This document shows positions 1 to 10,370 of a stretch of 36,313 nucleotides of DNA, in pieces. The stretch is from a virus (Duplodnaviria; Caudoviricetes), in IMG/VR virus record IMGVR_UViG_3300037408_000776, positions 1-36,313 of that record. One strand, written 5' to 3'. The notes under the pieces are model-generated. The model ran no database searches. It saw only the letters and a program-made list of their open reading frames with translations, and was not told where the DNA came from. How positions within the stretch are numbered: position 1 is the first letter of the stretch; each line of letters begins with the position of its first letter. A program made the translations under genes and the position numbers.

Positions 1-3000
1 CGTAAAACTTGCCGTAGCGCCTGAAGACAATGCTTCAGCATTGTATGACGTGTAAAAATTAAGATCCGTCCGCCATTCTGATCCGCCATATGTCGCATTG
101 GCCTTACACTCAACACGACCCACATGCTTCATTGGCGTACCGGCAGATGTTCTTCCATAGAAATCAACAGCGCCAATCACCGTATTCTGCGTGCATACAG
201 TCGGAGTTGCAATGGTCCCGCGATGCCGCTCAAACTTTAATATCGGTGACAACGCAATCGTATCTGCATACACAATATTGGACAATGTACAACTAACATC
301 CTGCTCGCTAATCTGTAGGATACTACTTGCCGTCGTCACATCGCCAATGCCCAACCACTTATTGGTATTGTCCCAGTAGAGCTTGGCATCCGCCGCGAAC
401 GTCGACGATCCACTGTTGAACTGGATCTGACCCGAGCTACCCGCTGGTGTTCCGCCACTTCCACCGAAGTCCACCCAACTCGACCCGTTGTAGCCCTGGA
501 ATGCCGACCCCGTCCACTGGATAGCCCCCGCCGCCGCCGTCTGTCCATAGGAGCCAATCCTGAGCCCCGCCTGCGTGATGAAATCGCCCGACCCCATGAC
601 CACAGCCTTCACCGTGGCACTGTTACGGAACGAAACACCCACCTCCGTATTGGCCAACGCCGCAGCCCCAGAACCACCATCGCTCTTGCGGAAGTTGAGC
701 TGGACAGTGCCCAGCGAAGTCTCACCCGTATTCGCAGAAGCGCACCAGCCATCGAGCCGAATGGCCCCGCCACTTCCACTGGCATAACTGGCGATAGAAA
801 CGCCGCCGCCAGTATTGGCCAACTTGACCATCTGCGTGTAGGTGTTCGCCTCAACGTAACTCGTAAAGGGATGCGTTACGTCTGTGTTTTTCAACGATAA
901 GACCGCTCCGTCGCCCGTCCCATGATGCAAGCATAGTCCACCCGTATCGACATCCGGGGCAGCCACAGATCCTGTCGTAATCTGCCCATCACTAGTGATT
1001 CTCAATCTTTCGGAGGAAGTCGTCGAACCACTTGGAGTCGTTAGGAAAACGATCCGTCCAGGCATGCTATTGGAACCCGGTGTTCCATCCACAGCAATCT
1101 GTATTGCGCCACAGGCCACGTAGTCTGTGCCGTCGTAACCGTAACTGGCGACACCGCCAACACTCAAACCATCGGTCACGATGGTGGGAGAAGCCAACGT
1201 CCCATTCGAGGCATACTGGCGGACGAGGGCATCTCCGCCGCCAGAACCCTCCAATGCCAAGCCGTTGACGTTGTTGCCTGAAGCCGTATGCGAAACCTTG
1301 AACGGCACCGTGTATGTGGTGCCATTGACGACCACCGTGTGACTGGTCGTCCCTAGTCCCAATCGACAACCCGCCGCATCAAACACGAGGCTCGTATGCG
1401 TTTTAGGACCAAGACTTCCTGTGGCCCCCGTCACAAACACCGGATAGCAAGTCGTATCTGAGGCTTCCGCTGCTACAGTGATGGCCGTCGCGCTTTGCTC
1501 AACCCAACTTGTCACCCCCGATCCATTGGTCTTCAGGACGTACCCGTCTGTCCCACCCGACGTCGGCAGCGTCATACTCCAAGTACCTGCCGCCGCTGCC
1601 ACATTGACCGTGATAACTCCGCTCGTCGCCCCCGCTAGGCTCAACGATCCCGCTGTGGTCCCGGCCGTACCCAACGTCAACAGTGCCCCAGGAGATACAC
1701 TCGCGATCCCGACCTTGCCAGCGTCGGAGATCCGCATCCTCTCGACCAAACTAGTGGTGGCCGTCTCTGTCGTGAAGAACTGGATGCAGGCCCCATAGTT
1801 GGACGCCGACCACGCCCCTATCGCAATCGACTGGATCACCGCCCCGTACGTCGACTGCGAGGTGCTGTAGTACCCCGCGAAGCTGATGTTGCCCAGACGA
1901 TGCCCTGCTGGCACCACCGCCGGGCTCGCCTGCGTTCCGCCACTCCGCCGCAACCACAGGAACACCCCGTCGTCCGAGGCGCTGTGCGAATCGAACTGCA
2001 CGTCCCCGCGCCCATCCACCGACGTATGCAGGATGTAGGACGGCGCTGCGACGTTGATACCCAACCGCCCCGTTGTGGTCAGGTACGCCTTCGCCGCGTT
2101 GTTCACGATGAAGCGCACCTCATGATCGCTCTGCGTACCGAGGTAGGCCGCCGTGTCCAACGCCTGCATCTTGACTACGCAGTTGTTGGTGGTGTCCTGC
2201 GCCGAGATGTAGGGATTCGTCGCTCCCATGGCCCGGATCCACGCGCTCGTCGCCAACACGTCCAGCGTGGCCTGCGGTGCCCCGCCAATGCCCAGCTTGC
2301 CCGCCGTGTCCACTGTCCAGAGCGACGTCGTGGGCGCTGCCCCACCCGTTCCAATGGTCAACTCGAACCGATCCGCCCCACTGTACAAACTGGTCCACCG
2401 CCAACGGTTGCCCCCGGTCTGCCCCACCTCGATATAGGCGCAGTTGGATGTCTCGACCCGCAATCCCTCGTTGTTGCCGTCCAGGATGTGGAGCGCCGTG
2501 CTCGGACTGCCAGTTCCGATGCCAAGCCGCTTCTCCGAGTTGTCCCACACGAGCGCCGCATCCGCCGCGAACGTGCTGGACCCACTGTTGAACTGGACCT
2601 GTCCCGTCAATCCCGCTGGCGTCACCAGCGTGGTCGCCGCCACCCAACTCGTCACGCCTGACCCGTCCGTCTTTAGGACGTAGTTGTTCGTGCCGCCGCT
2701 GGTCGGCAGCGTCAACGTCCACGTCCCCGCCGCAGCCGCCGTGGTCAGCGTCACCAATCCCGAGGTGCTTCCAGCCAGCGCCAACAGGCCCGCTTGCGAC
2801 GTGGACACCCCCAGGGTCAACTGCCCCGTCGACGCATTCAGCGTGAACGACGCCACCGTCTTCGGTGCGCGATCTCCGGTCGCATCGGTCACGAAGACGG
2901 GATAACACGTCGTGTCACTCGCCTCGTTGGCCACCGTGATCGTCGTCGCGTTCGTTGACTGCGCCGCCCAGCTCGTCACGCCCGACCCGTTGGTCTTGAG

Positions 3001-5409
3001 GAAGTACCCGTCGGTCCCCGCCGACGTCGGCAAGGTCATGCTCCAGGTGCCCGCATCGGACGCCACCTGCACCGTGACGACGCCCGTGGTGCCACCGGCT
3101 AGCGACAGATTTCCCGCCGTCGTCCCCGCCGTTCCCAGCGTCAACAGCGCCGATGGCGCCGTATTCGCGATGCCGACCTGGCCCGCGAAGTAGTTCTTCG
3201 CCGTGGCGTCCGCCGCGTAGAGATCCCACTTGTTGGTGCCCACCGTAAAGCCGCCGATGTACACCCCATAGGTGTTCGTGCTCGTCACCGACCCCATCGA
3301 CGCATTCAGGTTGATCCCGTAGAAGCTCGTCACCGTCGGCGTCCCGCTCGTGTACGGCAACACCCGCAACGCCTGGTAGCTGGTCACGCTCCCGTTCAGG
3401 GTCGGGTAGACCTGCGCTCCGTAATAGCTCGTGCCGTCTCCACTCCCCGTCTCCTGGACGTTCAGCGCCGCATACATCTGCGGGCTACCCACCACGCCCA
3501 GGTGGCCGACCAGTGCCAGGTTGCCGTTGTCGTCGAGGGTCGATCCGCTGTCCTGTAGCAGCTTGCCCGTCGCGCCGTTCCACCGCGCCAGCGCGTGATC
3601 CGTGCTGCTCGCCGGGCCGATCACCACGCCGTCTACGTTGGCCTGGATGATGTCCCAGTTGGCCCCGACCGTCGCGTGGTCGCCGCTGGCCGAGCTGTCC
3701 ACCGTGCAGATCATCATGTCGCTGATCTCGACCGCCGGGCCGCTCGCCCCGCCGATCTTGCCCGCCACGCTGATCCGATAGGTGTGCCCTGCATCCGCTG
3801 CCGGATAGTTGGGGTTCCCCGAGCAATCGATGGCCCCCTTGTAGATGAGCGGATCGGTCAGGTCGATCCCGACGTTCTTCCAGTTGCTCCCGTCGTACCA
3901 GCGCAGCAACGTGCCCGTCCACTCCACGGTGCCCGCAATGGCCGTCCCGTTCTGGTGCGCACCCAGGACGATGGCCCCGTTCCCGGAGCCGTCCTTGAGG
4001 TGCAGGCGCTCGCCTGGCGATGCCTGGCCCACGCCCAGGTAGCCGTTTGCCTTGGTGTAATAGACGTTCGCTGCGGCATAGGCCCCGCCGTCGTTATAGA
4101 TCACCTTGGTGTCGCCACTGGGCGCGGCGTGCACATGCGTGTCCAACGTCGCCAGCGCGGTCTGTACGCTGCTCGTCCCCGCCAGGAACCCCGTAAACGC
4201 CCCCGCATCCACCGTGATCGCACTGGCCGGATGTGACCCCAACACAGTGCGGTTCGTGAGGCTGTTGTGATCCGTGGCGACGTACGTCCCCGAGGACACC
4301 ACCGCCAGACTGCGCAGGTCTTGCGCCTCCTCATACGGGGTCGCGTCATCCCGCAGGATGACGCGATACAGCACCTTGAACTCCTTGGCCGGGAGATTGG
4401 TCAGTACCAACTGATCGTAGGTGTTGTTGTTGCGCGCATCGGCGATGTTGCCGTCCTTGCGCTGCCCCATGATCACGTAGATCGGCGTCTCGGGATCGTT
4501 CGTCACGAAGAACCAGACCGCCACGTAGTCGTTGCTGTTCGTCTCGGTCAGCGTGCCGCCGTTGTCGTAGGTCAGATGGGTATTCTGCACCACGTAGTAC
4601 AGCGTGCCCTTGCTGCCCCAGGTCCAGTTTCCACTCCCATCGCGCCGAAACACCCGACACTGCGTCTGCTCGCCGGGAACATGCCGGATGTCTTCGTCGC
4701 GATACACGCCGTCCGTGATCGTGAAGGTGGTGTTCGTGAAGCTGCCGCCGAGCCCGTTCACGTAGCGCGACCCCAACGTCTCATGCACGTACTCATGGGT
4801 CGCCCAGTCCATCACCAGGCCGTGCCGCTCCTCGCCGATACGCCCCTGGTCCAGATCGGTGTTCCAATACACCGTCGCCACGGGCGAGATCCCCGCGCCC
4901 AGATCCCATACCGATGTCGACTTCTGGAGCACGCCACTCGCGTCGAAGTAGATGTAGTGCAGCCCCGTCACGTCGGTCAGCGTCACAGTCTGGGCGCTGC
5001 TCTTGGTGTACTTGACGCCCTTCGAGTAGACGTCGAAGCTCGTCACCGCCGGGGCAATCGTGAACTCTCGCGTCGTGTTGTTGAACGACAACGTCGAATC
5101 CGTGCGGTTCGGCAATCCCGTTGGCTCTCCCTGGAGCGTCGAGAACGTCTGCGACTGCGTGAGCGAGACCGCGACCCCGCCGCTGTTCAACCAAAGGATG
5201 TCGCTCGCGCCAGCCCCGGACGCATAGAGCCGTCCGGTCCCCGCGCTCGGCGTCGCAGGCGTGCTGATCGCCGTGATCAACGCATGGTCCGAGACCACCA
5301 CACCCGTCGTCGCGTTCCCAAGCTGGACCGCTCCGGCCCCGAACCGCTTGACGTAGGTATCCCCGCTGAAGACCACCTGATTGTTCACGCTATCGTACTG
5401 GATGCCCAT
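1..5409 (-). CDS. Giant modular tail fibre / receptor-binding protein, >=1803 aa, 3' end beyond window
   Basis: Manual translation from ATG at 5409 (GAGGAG at 5415-5420): MGIQYDSVNNQVVFSGDTYVKRFGAG...; no stop found down to base 1. G/T/S/A-rich and shares repeated modules with the 1636-aa neighbour (LLTLGTAGTTAG..., ERMRI, GAIQW.G..FQGYNGS.WVD). Absent from the ORF track because there is no stop in the window. Confidence 0.85.
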   Translation of the reverse strand, partial: MGIQYDSVNNQVVFSGDTYVKRFGAGAVQLGNATTGVVVSDHALITAISTPATPSAGTGRLYASGAGASDILWLNSGGVAVSLTQSQTFSTLQGEPTGLPNRTDSTLSFNNTTREFTIAPAVTSFDVYSKGVKYTKSSAQTVTLTDVTGLHYIYFDASGVLQKSTSVWDLGAGISPVATVYWNTDLDQGRIGEERHGLVMDWATHEYVHETLGSRYVNGLGGSFTNTTFTITDGVYRDEDIRHVPGEQTQCRVFRRDGSGNWTWGSKGTLYYVVQNTHLTYDNGGTLTETNSNDYVAVWFFVTNDPETPIYVIMGQRKDGNIADARNNNTYDQLVLTNLPAKEFKVLYRVILRDDATPYEEAQDLRSLAVVSSGTYVATDHNSLTNRTVLGSHPASAITVDAGAFTGFLAGTSSVQTALATLDTHVHAAPSGDTKVIYNDGGAYAAANVYYTKANGYLGVGQASPGERLHLKDGSGNGAIVLGAHQNGTAIAGTVEWTGTLLRWYDGSNWKNVGIDLTDPLIYKGAIDCSGNPNYPAADAGHTYRISVAGKIGGASGPAVEISDMMICTVDSSASGDHATVGANWDIIQANVDGVVIGPASSTDHALARWNGATGKLLQDSGSTLDDNGNLALVGHLGVVGSPQMYAALNVQETGSGDGTSYYGAQVYPTLNGSVTSYQALRVLPYTSGTPTVTSFYGINLNASMGSVTSTNTYGVYIGGFTVGTNKWDLYAADATAKNYFAGQVGIANTAPSALLTLGTAGTTAGNLSLAGGTTGVVTVQVASDAGTWSMTLPTSAGTDGYFLKTNGSGVTSWAAQSTNATTITVANEASDTTCYPVFVTDATGDRAPKTVASFTLNASTGQLTLGVSTSQAGLLALAGSTSGLVTLTTAAAAGTWTLTLPTSGGTNNYVLKTDGSGVTSWVAATTLVTPAGLTGQVQFNSGSSTFAADAALVWDNSEKRLGIGTGSPSTALHILDGNNEGLRVETSNCAYIEVGQTGGNRWRWTSLYSGADRFELTIGTGGAAPTTSLWTVDTAGKLGIGGAPQATLDVLATSAWIRAMGATNPYISAQDTTNNCVVKMQALDTAAYLGTQSDHEVRFIVNNAAKAYLTTTGRLGINVAAPSYILHTSVDGRGDVQFDSHSASDDGVFLWLRRSGGTQASPAVVPAGHRLGNISFAGYYSTSQSTYGAVIQSIAIGAWSASNYGACIQFFTTETATTSLVERMRISDAGKVGIASVSPGALLTLGTAGTTAGSLSLAGATSGVITVNVAAAAGTWSMTLPTSGGTDGYVLKTNGSGVTSWVEQSATAITVAAEASDTTCYPVFVTGATGSLGPKTHTSLVFDAAGCRLGLGTTSHTVVVNGTTYTVPFKVSHTASGNNVNGLALEGSGGGDALVRQYASNGTLASPTIVTDGLSVGGVASYGYDGTDYVACGAIQIAVDGTPGSNSMPGRIVFLTTPSGSTTSSERLRITSDGQITTGSVAAPDVDTGGLCLHHGTGDGAVLSLKNTDVTHPFTSYVEANTYTQMVKLANTGGGVSIASYASGSGGAIRLDGWCASANTGETSLGTVQLNFRKSDGGSGAAALANTEVGVSFRNSATVKAVVMGSGDFITQAGLRIGSYGQTAAAGAIQWTGSAFQGYNGSSWVDFGGSGGTPAGSSGQIQFNSGSSTFAADAKLYWDNTNKWLGIGDVTTASSILQISEQDVSCTLSNIVYADTIALSPILKFERHRGTIATPTVCTQNTVIGAVDFYGRTSAGTPMKHVGRVECKANATYGGSEWRTDLNFYTSYNAEALSSGATASFT

Positions 5410-5425
5410 GCCATCTCCTCGCCAG

Positions 5426-5441
5426 GCGAACCTGGGTTCGC
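5426..5441. repeat. Dispersed palindrome copy 1 (GCGAACCTGGGTTCGC)
   Basis: Between the TGA of the 1636-aa gene and the RBS of the next fibre gene. Confidence 0.9.
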
Positions 5442-5442
5442 G

Positions 5443-8400
5443 TCATGCAAACGTGTGCTTCGTGGTCCAGGTGCCGCTCTCGCGCTTCTGCACCACCAGA
5501 TCTGCGCTCACGCGCCCCGTGCGCCACGACCCGTCCGTGGTCGGATCGCCGTAGTAGTGCCAGGCATCGCTGGCGATCTCGACGTCCCCGCCCACGTCCA
5601 GCCGCGAACTTGGCGCGGCCACGTTGATGCCCACCCGCTTGTTGGTGTCGTCCCAGACCCATTCCGAGGTCTCCGCATAGGTCCACTTGGTATTGCCGTG
5701 ATCCCAGAAGACGACCTGGCCTGCCGCCGTACCCGCGTCCAGGGCGGTCGTCGTCGCCACGGCCCAACTCGTCAAGCCGCTGCCGTCCGTCTTGAGGAAG
5801 TAGCCGTTCGTTCCGTTCGTCGCGGGAAGCTGGAAGATCGTCCCAGTTCCGGCTGCTGCCGCCACCTGGATCACGCACGTTCCCGAGGTCGCCCCGGCCA
5901 GGGTGATCTTCCCAGCCGTGGTCCCCGCTGTTCCAAGGGTCAGCAGCGTCGTTGGCGTCGTGCATCCGATCCCTACGCGCTTATTCGTGTCATCCCAGGC
6001 CAACTCGGAGGTCTCCGCATAGGTCCACGCACTGCCCGTCCAGAACAACATCTGGCCCGCCGCCGTCCCAGCATCGACCGTCGCCCCCCCGCCAGCATCC
6101 AGGTTCTTCCACACGCTGCCCGTATACCCTCGGAAGTTCGTCCCATCCCACTCCACGGTGCCCGCCACAGGCGTCCCATTCTCGTGTGCCCCGACGATGA
6201 GCGCGCCATTGTTGGACGAATCCTTCAGGTGCAACCGCTCTGCTGGAGCCGTCGGACCTATGCCTACATCCCCCGTGCTCGCATTGAACACCAGTCCCGC
6301 ATTGGTCTTGAGCCCCTGAGAACCCGTCGCATCCGCCACAAAGGCAATGTAGCACGCAGTATCACTCGCCTCATTCGCGGCTGTGACCGTCGCCGCATTG
6401 CCCGTGATCGATCCTGCAATGGCGTTCGTTACTGTCAGATCGTCAAAGAATGCCGTGTCAATCCGTGCCCCAGTCGAACCCAGGCTCTTGCCCGTGCCGA
6501 GGTTCAGGTTGCCATTGAGCGTCAACCAGCCTGCGGAATGCGTCAACGTCACGTTTCCGACATTCCAGTTTATTACTGAGCCAGACCCAAGGAACAAGTC
6601 TGACCACATATATGTGGTGGACCCCAGGGCAATGGAATTACTCGTTCCAGGCAATAAGGCCGTATTGATCGCCACTGACGCCAAGTTGCTCAGTGCGGTA
6701 TTGGCTCCTGATCCAGTGGCGTCTAAATCCACCCACGCCGATCCGTTGTATCCCTGGAAGTGCGTACCACTCCATTGAATGGCCCCCGCCGCTGCCGTCT
6801 GCCCATAGGCCCCGATCTTCAGACCGGCCACGGTGTGGATGTCCCCGGACCCCTTGATGATAACCTGCGTCGTCGTGTAACTACGAAACGCTGCCAGGTT
6901 CTCGGTCGCAGCCAGCGCCGCAAACCCCGTCGTGCCGTTGCTCTTGTACGCGACAATCGCCACGCATCCTTCGGTCGTCCCACTGGCCGGAGTCGAGCAT
7001 GCTCCACCAAGCAACAACCCAATACCTATCGCAACGGTCCCTAGTCCAATGATGTTCGCGCCACCAGCCGTACTATCTGTTTTGTTCGTGCGGAGGTAGG
7101 TATCAGCCTCGCAGATCGCCGTGAACGGGTGGTTGACGTCGCTGTTCTTGAACGTCAACGGATATCCATCGTTGGCTCCATGGTTAATGCAAATTCCGCC
7201 TGGATCGACATCGGGCGCGGTCTCAGCTCCCGTCGAAATCTTGCCATCGCTCGTGATCCGCAAGCGCTCAACAGTAGTCGTGGAACCAGACGACACAGTG
7301 CGAATAATCACGTATGCTGGAGAAGACGTGTCCGAGAAATTACCTGCTGCATAGGAGACAATTTGTGCTCCAGTGAAGATATTCGTCGTCCCTCGACCAT
7401 TAAACTGTAACACCCCAAGCGTGTCCTCATTTTGCACAGCGGTTGGCGAGGCAATGGAGTTTCTATATCGAATGAAATTGACAACGGGGAACTTGTCCGT
7501 CGTCGATGCCGTCGTGATCCTCACGCCGGTATTAATATCGTTATTGGCGATCAATACCTGCTTGAGTGTGGTGTCCCAAGCGAAGCCGCTTTCTGCCGCC
7601 AAGGCCCCACCGTTGTTGTACTGCACATACCCGGTACTCCCCGCCGCCGATGCCGTCACCGCTGCCCACGTCGTCACGCCCGACCCGTTCGTCTGGAGGA
7701 AATAGCCGCTGGTCCCATTGGTCGATGGGAGCTGGAACGTGGTCGTGCCCGCCGCCGCCGCGACTCGGATCGCACAGGTTCCAGAAGTGGCTCCTAATAA
7801 ATCAATCGCACCTCCAATGGTACTGTTCGTGCCAATGGTCAACAAGGCGGTGGGGGCATTGTTGGCAATGCCAACCCGGCCAATGTTCGTGATCACCATG
7901 CGCTGGTAAGGCGAAACCGTATTCCCCACCTCGCGAGTGTAGAATATGATCGAACCAGGCACCGAATCCTCGGCCACCGCGCCATCCACCGTAAAGGTGA
8001 TAGCCGCTGCTTGTACATAGGTCGGGGTTGTCCCGCCATCCCAGCCGAACGCATTGATGCCCAACAGGTTCTGGGTCGTGGCCACTGCCGTCTTAGTCCC
8101 ATATGTCCCGTTGTGCCGATGACCGTTGAACCGCCCCGGACAAGCCCCGCCTTCACTGATGATCCCATTGAATTGCGGGCTGGAATCCGTGCCGTACACA
8201 ATCAAATTGTGTGTCTGTGTCGTCCCGCTGACGCTGACTCCGGCTGTCGTCCCGACGAAGACATTGCCCGCGTTCGTGATCCGCATCCGTTCAGTGGTGC
8301 CACTAGTATCCCCCACCGCTCGCGTCCAAAACGACAGTCGTGCTGGGACCGAATCCTCGGCCACCGTGCCATCCACGATGATGGTCATCCCTGCGGCCAT

Positions 8401-10353
8401 CACGTAGGTCGGCGTCGTGCCTCCATCCCAGCCCAGCCCATTGAACGTGACCAAAACGTCTTCCGCCACGACGGCCGTCTTGCTGGCCAGCGTCCCCTTG
8501 CAGCGCAGGCCATGGTATCGCGCATTGAAGCCAGCGGCCTCGTGCGCGATGCCCACATAGTTCGGGGCGCTTTCCGTCGCAGAAACCTGAAGGGTGTAAT
8601 TGGAGGTGACTCCGTCAACGGAATACGCCGCCGTCGTCCCGATGAAGAGGTTTCCCGCACTCGTGATCCGCATGCGCTCGACCGGCGTCGTCGTAGTCGC
8701 TGCGGTCAACTCAAAACGGATGTCCGATCCCCGCGCTCCAGACGCCCAGTTCTCGGTGGCATATGACGTGATGAATGAACAACCATAGTTATTCGTCGTG
8801 TCATAGTACCCAGCAAATCCAAACTGTCCCAGCCGGTCGCCAGACTGGACTGCCAACTTTGACGCACGGGTTCCACGACCACGCTGGACATAAAATGTCC
8901 CGTAGTTGGTTGAATTGCTAAACGCACTGATAAAAATTGATGCGTTCGCGGTATCCTTGCTGATCTCAACCGAATTTACAGGATCTGTACAACCGATGCC
9001 CAATCGATCATTCGCCTTGTCCCAGAACAACGCAGCCTCGGCATCAAAGGCATTACTCGTATTAAACTGGATATATCCAGTTGAACCAGCCGCCGTAGCA
9101 GAAGCCGCTGCCCAAGTGGTCACTCCGCTCCCGTTCGTCTGGAGGAAATATCCGTTCGTGCCGCCTGTCGTCGGCAACGTGAGACTCCACGTACCCGCCG
9201 CCGCCGCCGTCTGGACCGTCACCACCCCGCTCGTGCCACCAGCCAGAGAGATCGTACCGGCGATCGTCCCTGCTGTTCCCAGAGTGAGCAACGCACTGGG
9301 AGACACGTTGGCAATACCTAGTAAACCGGAACTTGTTAACCGCATTCTCTCAGCGAAAGTTCCAGCCGTATTTCTTGTCTGAAATATAATTCTCAAAGGA
9401 ACAATATCTTCTGAAACAGTACCATCAACTACACCTTGTATATTTCCTCCGTTTACATAAGTAGGAGTAGATACTCCTCCATCCCAACCATAAAAATTCA
9501 TAGTGCCAAGCACATCATTGCTTGCCACGGCTGTTTTTACTGACAATGTTCCATTGTGTCTAAAACTATTGAATCTTGCTGTGACTGCACTGCATTCATT
9601 TGCAATTCCATTGAGTTGAGGACTGGAATCCGAACCGTATACCACTAAAGGATACGTGCTTGTTGTCCCCGAAACACTCAATCCACTTGTTGTTCCTATA
9701 AATACATTACCAACACTCGTGACCATCATCCTCGTATCAAATACAGTCCCATTGTGCGTCTGAAACTCTAACTTTGTCGGGATATTATTCCCGGAAACCG
9801 TCCCACTGACCGTCGCCTTGAGCGCAGCCACAGTCGTATACGCAGACCCATACCCTCGGAACGAAATCCCACCGATGGGATCTCCATCTGCAACGGTCGT
9901 CTCAGATCCCTGCGATCCACGCGCCTTGCGTAGCGAAATGAAACAACCATATGTCTGATTGCTTCCGTGCATCGTCGCCTGGTACGGATACGTCCCCTCG
10001 ACCGTCACCACATCGATTCGAGATCCGTCTACCGTCGCCTTGCCATAGGCCAACCCCGCATTGCCACTGTCCCAGTACAACTGCGAAGCACCGCCAAAGG
10101 CCGAGCTGTTGTTGTACTGTACCTGCCCAGATGACCCTCCTGGAGTCGCCGACCCCAGGGCTACCCATGCGCTGCCGTCGTGCACCTTGATCTTCGCCGC
10201 CGCCGTGTCGAAGAAGGCCATACCCGCCTGTGGGTTGCCACTACCATCCCCGACGCTATCCCACTTGTTCCCCTGTATCCACGTGAGCGCCGCGCCCTCC
10301 GTGGCGTACTCGCCCATGTAGTGGTTCTGACCGTACGGCAGCGTCAATCCCAT
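5443..10353 (-). CDS. Giant modular tail fibre protein (1636 aa)
   Basis: RBS GAGGTGAGG upstream. About six ~110-aa modules ending in (E/Q/T)RMxIT, three 'LLT.GT...LP.T.GT.GYFL.T.GSG.T.WA' linkers and repeated 'G.vQ(Y/F)N...WD' motifs typical of phage fibres. Lies downstream of the baseplate genes. Confidence 0.85.
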   Translation of the reverse strand: MGLTLPYGQNHYMGEYATEGAALTWIQGNKWDSVGDGSGNPQAGMAFFDTAAAKIKVHDGSAWVALGSATPGGSSGQVQYNNSSAFGGASQLYWDSGNAGLAYGKATVDGSRIDVVTVEGTYPYQATMHGSNQTYGCFISLRKARGSQGSETTVADGDPIGGISFRGYGSAYTTVAALKATVSGTVSGNNIPTKLEFQTHNGTVFDTRMMVTSVGNVFIGTTSGLSVSGTTSTYPLVVYGSDSSPQLNGIANECSAVTARFNSFRHNGTLSVKTAVASNDVLGTMNFYGWDGGVSTPTYVNGGNIQGVVDGTVSEDIVPLRIIFQTRNTAGTFAERMRLTSSGLLGIANVSPSALLTLGTAGTIAGTISLAGGTSGVVTVQTAAAAGTWSLTLPTTGGTNGYFLQTNGSGVTTWAAASATAAGSTGYIQFNTSNAFDAEAALFWDKANDRLGIGCTDPVNSVEISKDTANASIFISAFSNSTNYGTFYVQRGRGTRASKLAVQSGDRLGQFGFAGYYDTTNNYGCSFITSYATENWASGARGSDIRFELTAATTTTPVERMRITSAGNLFIGTTAAYSVDGVTSNYTLQVSATESAPNYVGIAHEAAGFNARYHGLRCKGTLASKTAVVAEDVLVTFNGLGWDGGTTPTYVMAAGMTIIVDGTVAEDSVPARLSFWTRAVGDTSGTTERMRITNAGNVFVGTTAGVSVSGTTQTHNLIVYGTDSSPQFNGIISEGGACPGRFNGHRHNGTYGTKTAVATTQNLLGINAFGWDGGTTPTYVQAAAITFTVDGAVAEDSVPGSIIFYTREVGNTVSPYQRMVITNIGRVGIANNAPTALLTIGTNSTIGGAIDLLGATSGTCAIRVAAAAGTTTFQLPSTNGTSGYFLQTNGSGVTTWAAVTASAAGSTGYVQYNNGGALAAESGFAWDTTLKQVLIANNDINTGVRITTASTTDKFPVVNFIRYRNSIASPTAVQNEDTLGVLQFNGRGTTNIFTGAQIVSYAAGNFSDTSSPAYVIIRTVSSGSTTTVERLRITSDGKISTGAETAPDVDPGGICINHGANDGYPLTFKNSDVNHPFTAICEADTYLRTNKTDSTAGGANIIGLGTVAIGIGLLLGGACSTPASGTTEGCVAIVAYKSNGTTGFAALAATENLAAFRSYTTTQVIIKGSGDIHTVAGLKIGAYGQTAAAGAIQWSGTHFQGYNGSAWVDLDATGSGANTALSNLASVAINTALLPGTSNSIALGSTTYMWSDLFLGSGSVINWNVGNVTLTHSAGWLTLNGNLNLGTGKSLGSTGARIDTAFFDDLTVTNAIAGSITGNAATVTAANEASDTACYIAFVADATGSQGLKTNAGLVFNASTGDVGIGPTAPAERLHLKDSSNNGALIVGAHENGTPVAGTVEWDGTNFRGYTGSVWKNLDAGGGATVDAGTAAGQMLFWTGSAWTYAETSELAWDDTNKRVGIGCTTPTTLLTLGTAGTTAGKITLAGATSGTCVIQVAAAAGTGTIFQLPATNGTNGYFLKTDGSGLTSWAVATTTALDAGTAAGQVVFWDHGNTKWTYAETSEWVWDDTNKRVGINVAAPSSRLDVGGDVEIASDAWHYYGDPTTDGSWRTGRVSADLVVQKRESGTWTTKHTFA

Positions 10354-10370
10354 TGCCTCACCTCTCGCCT

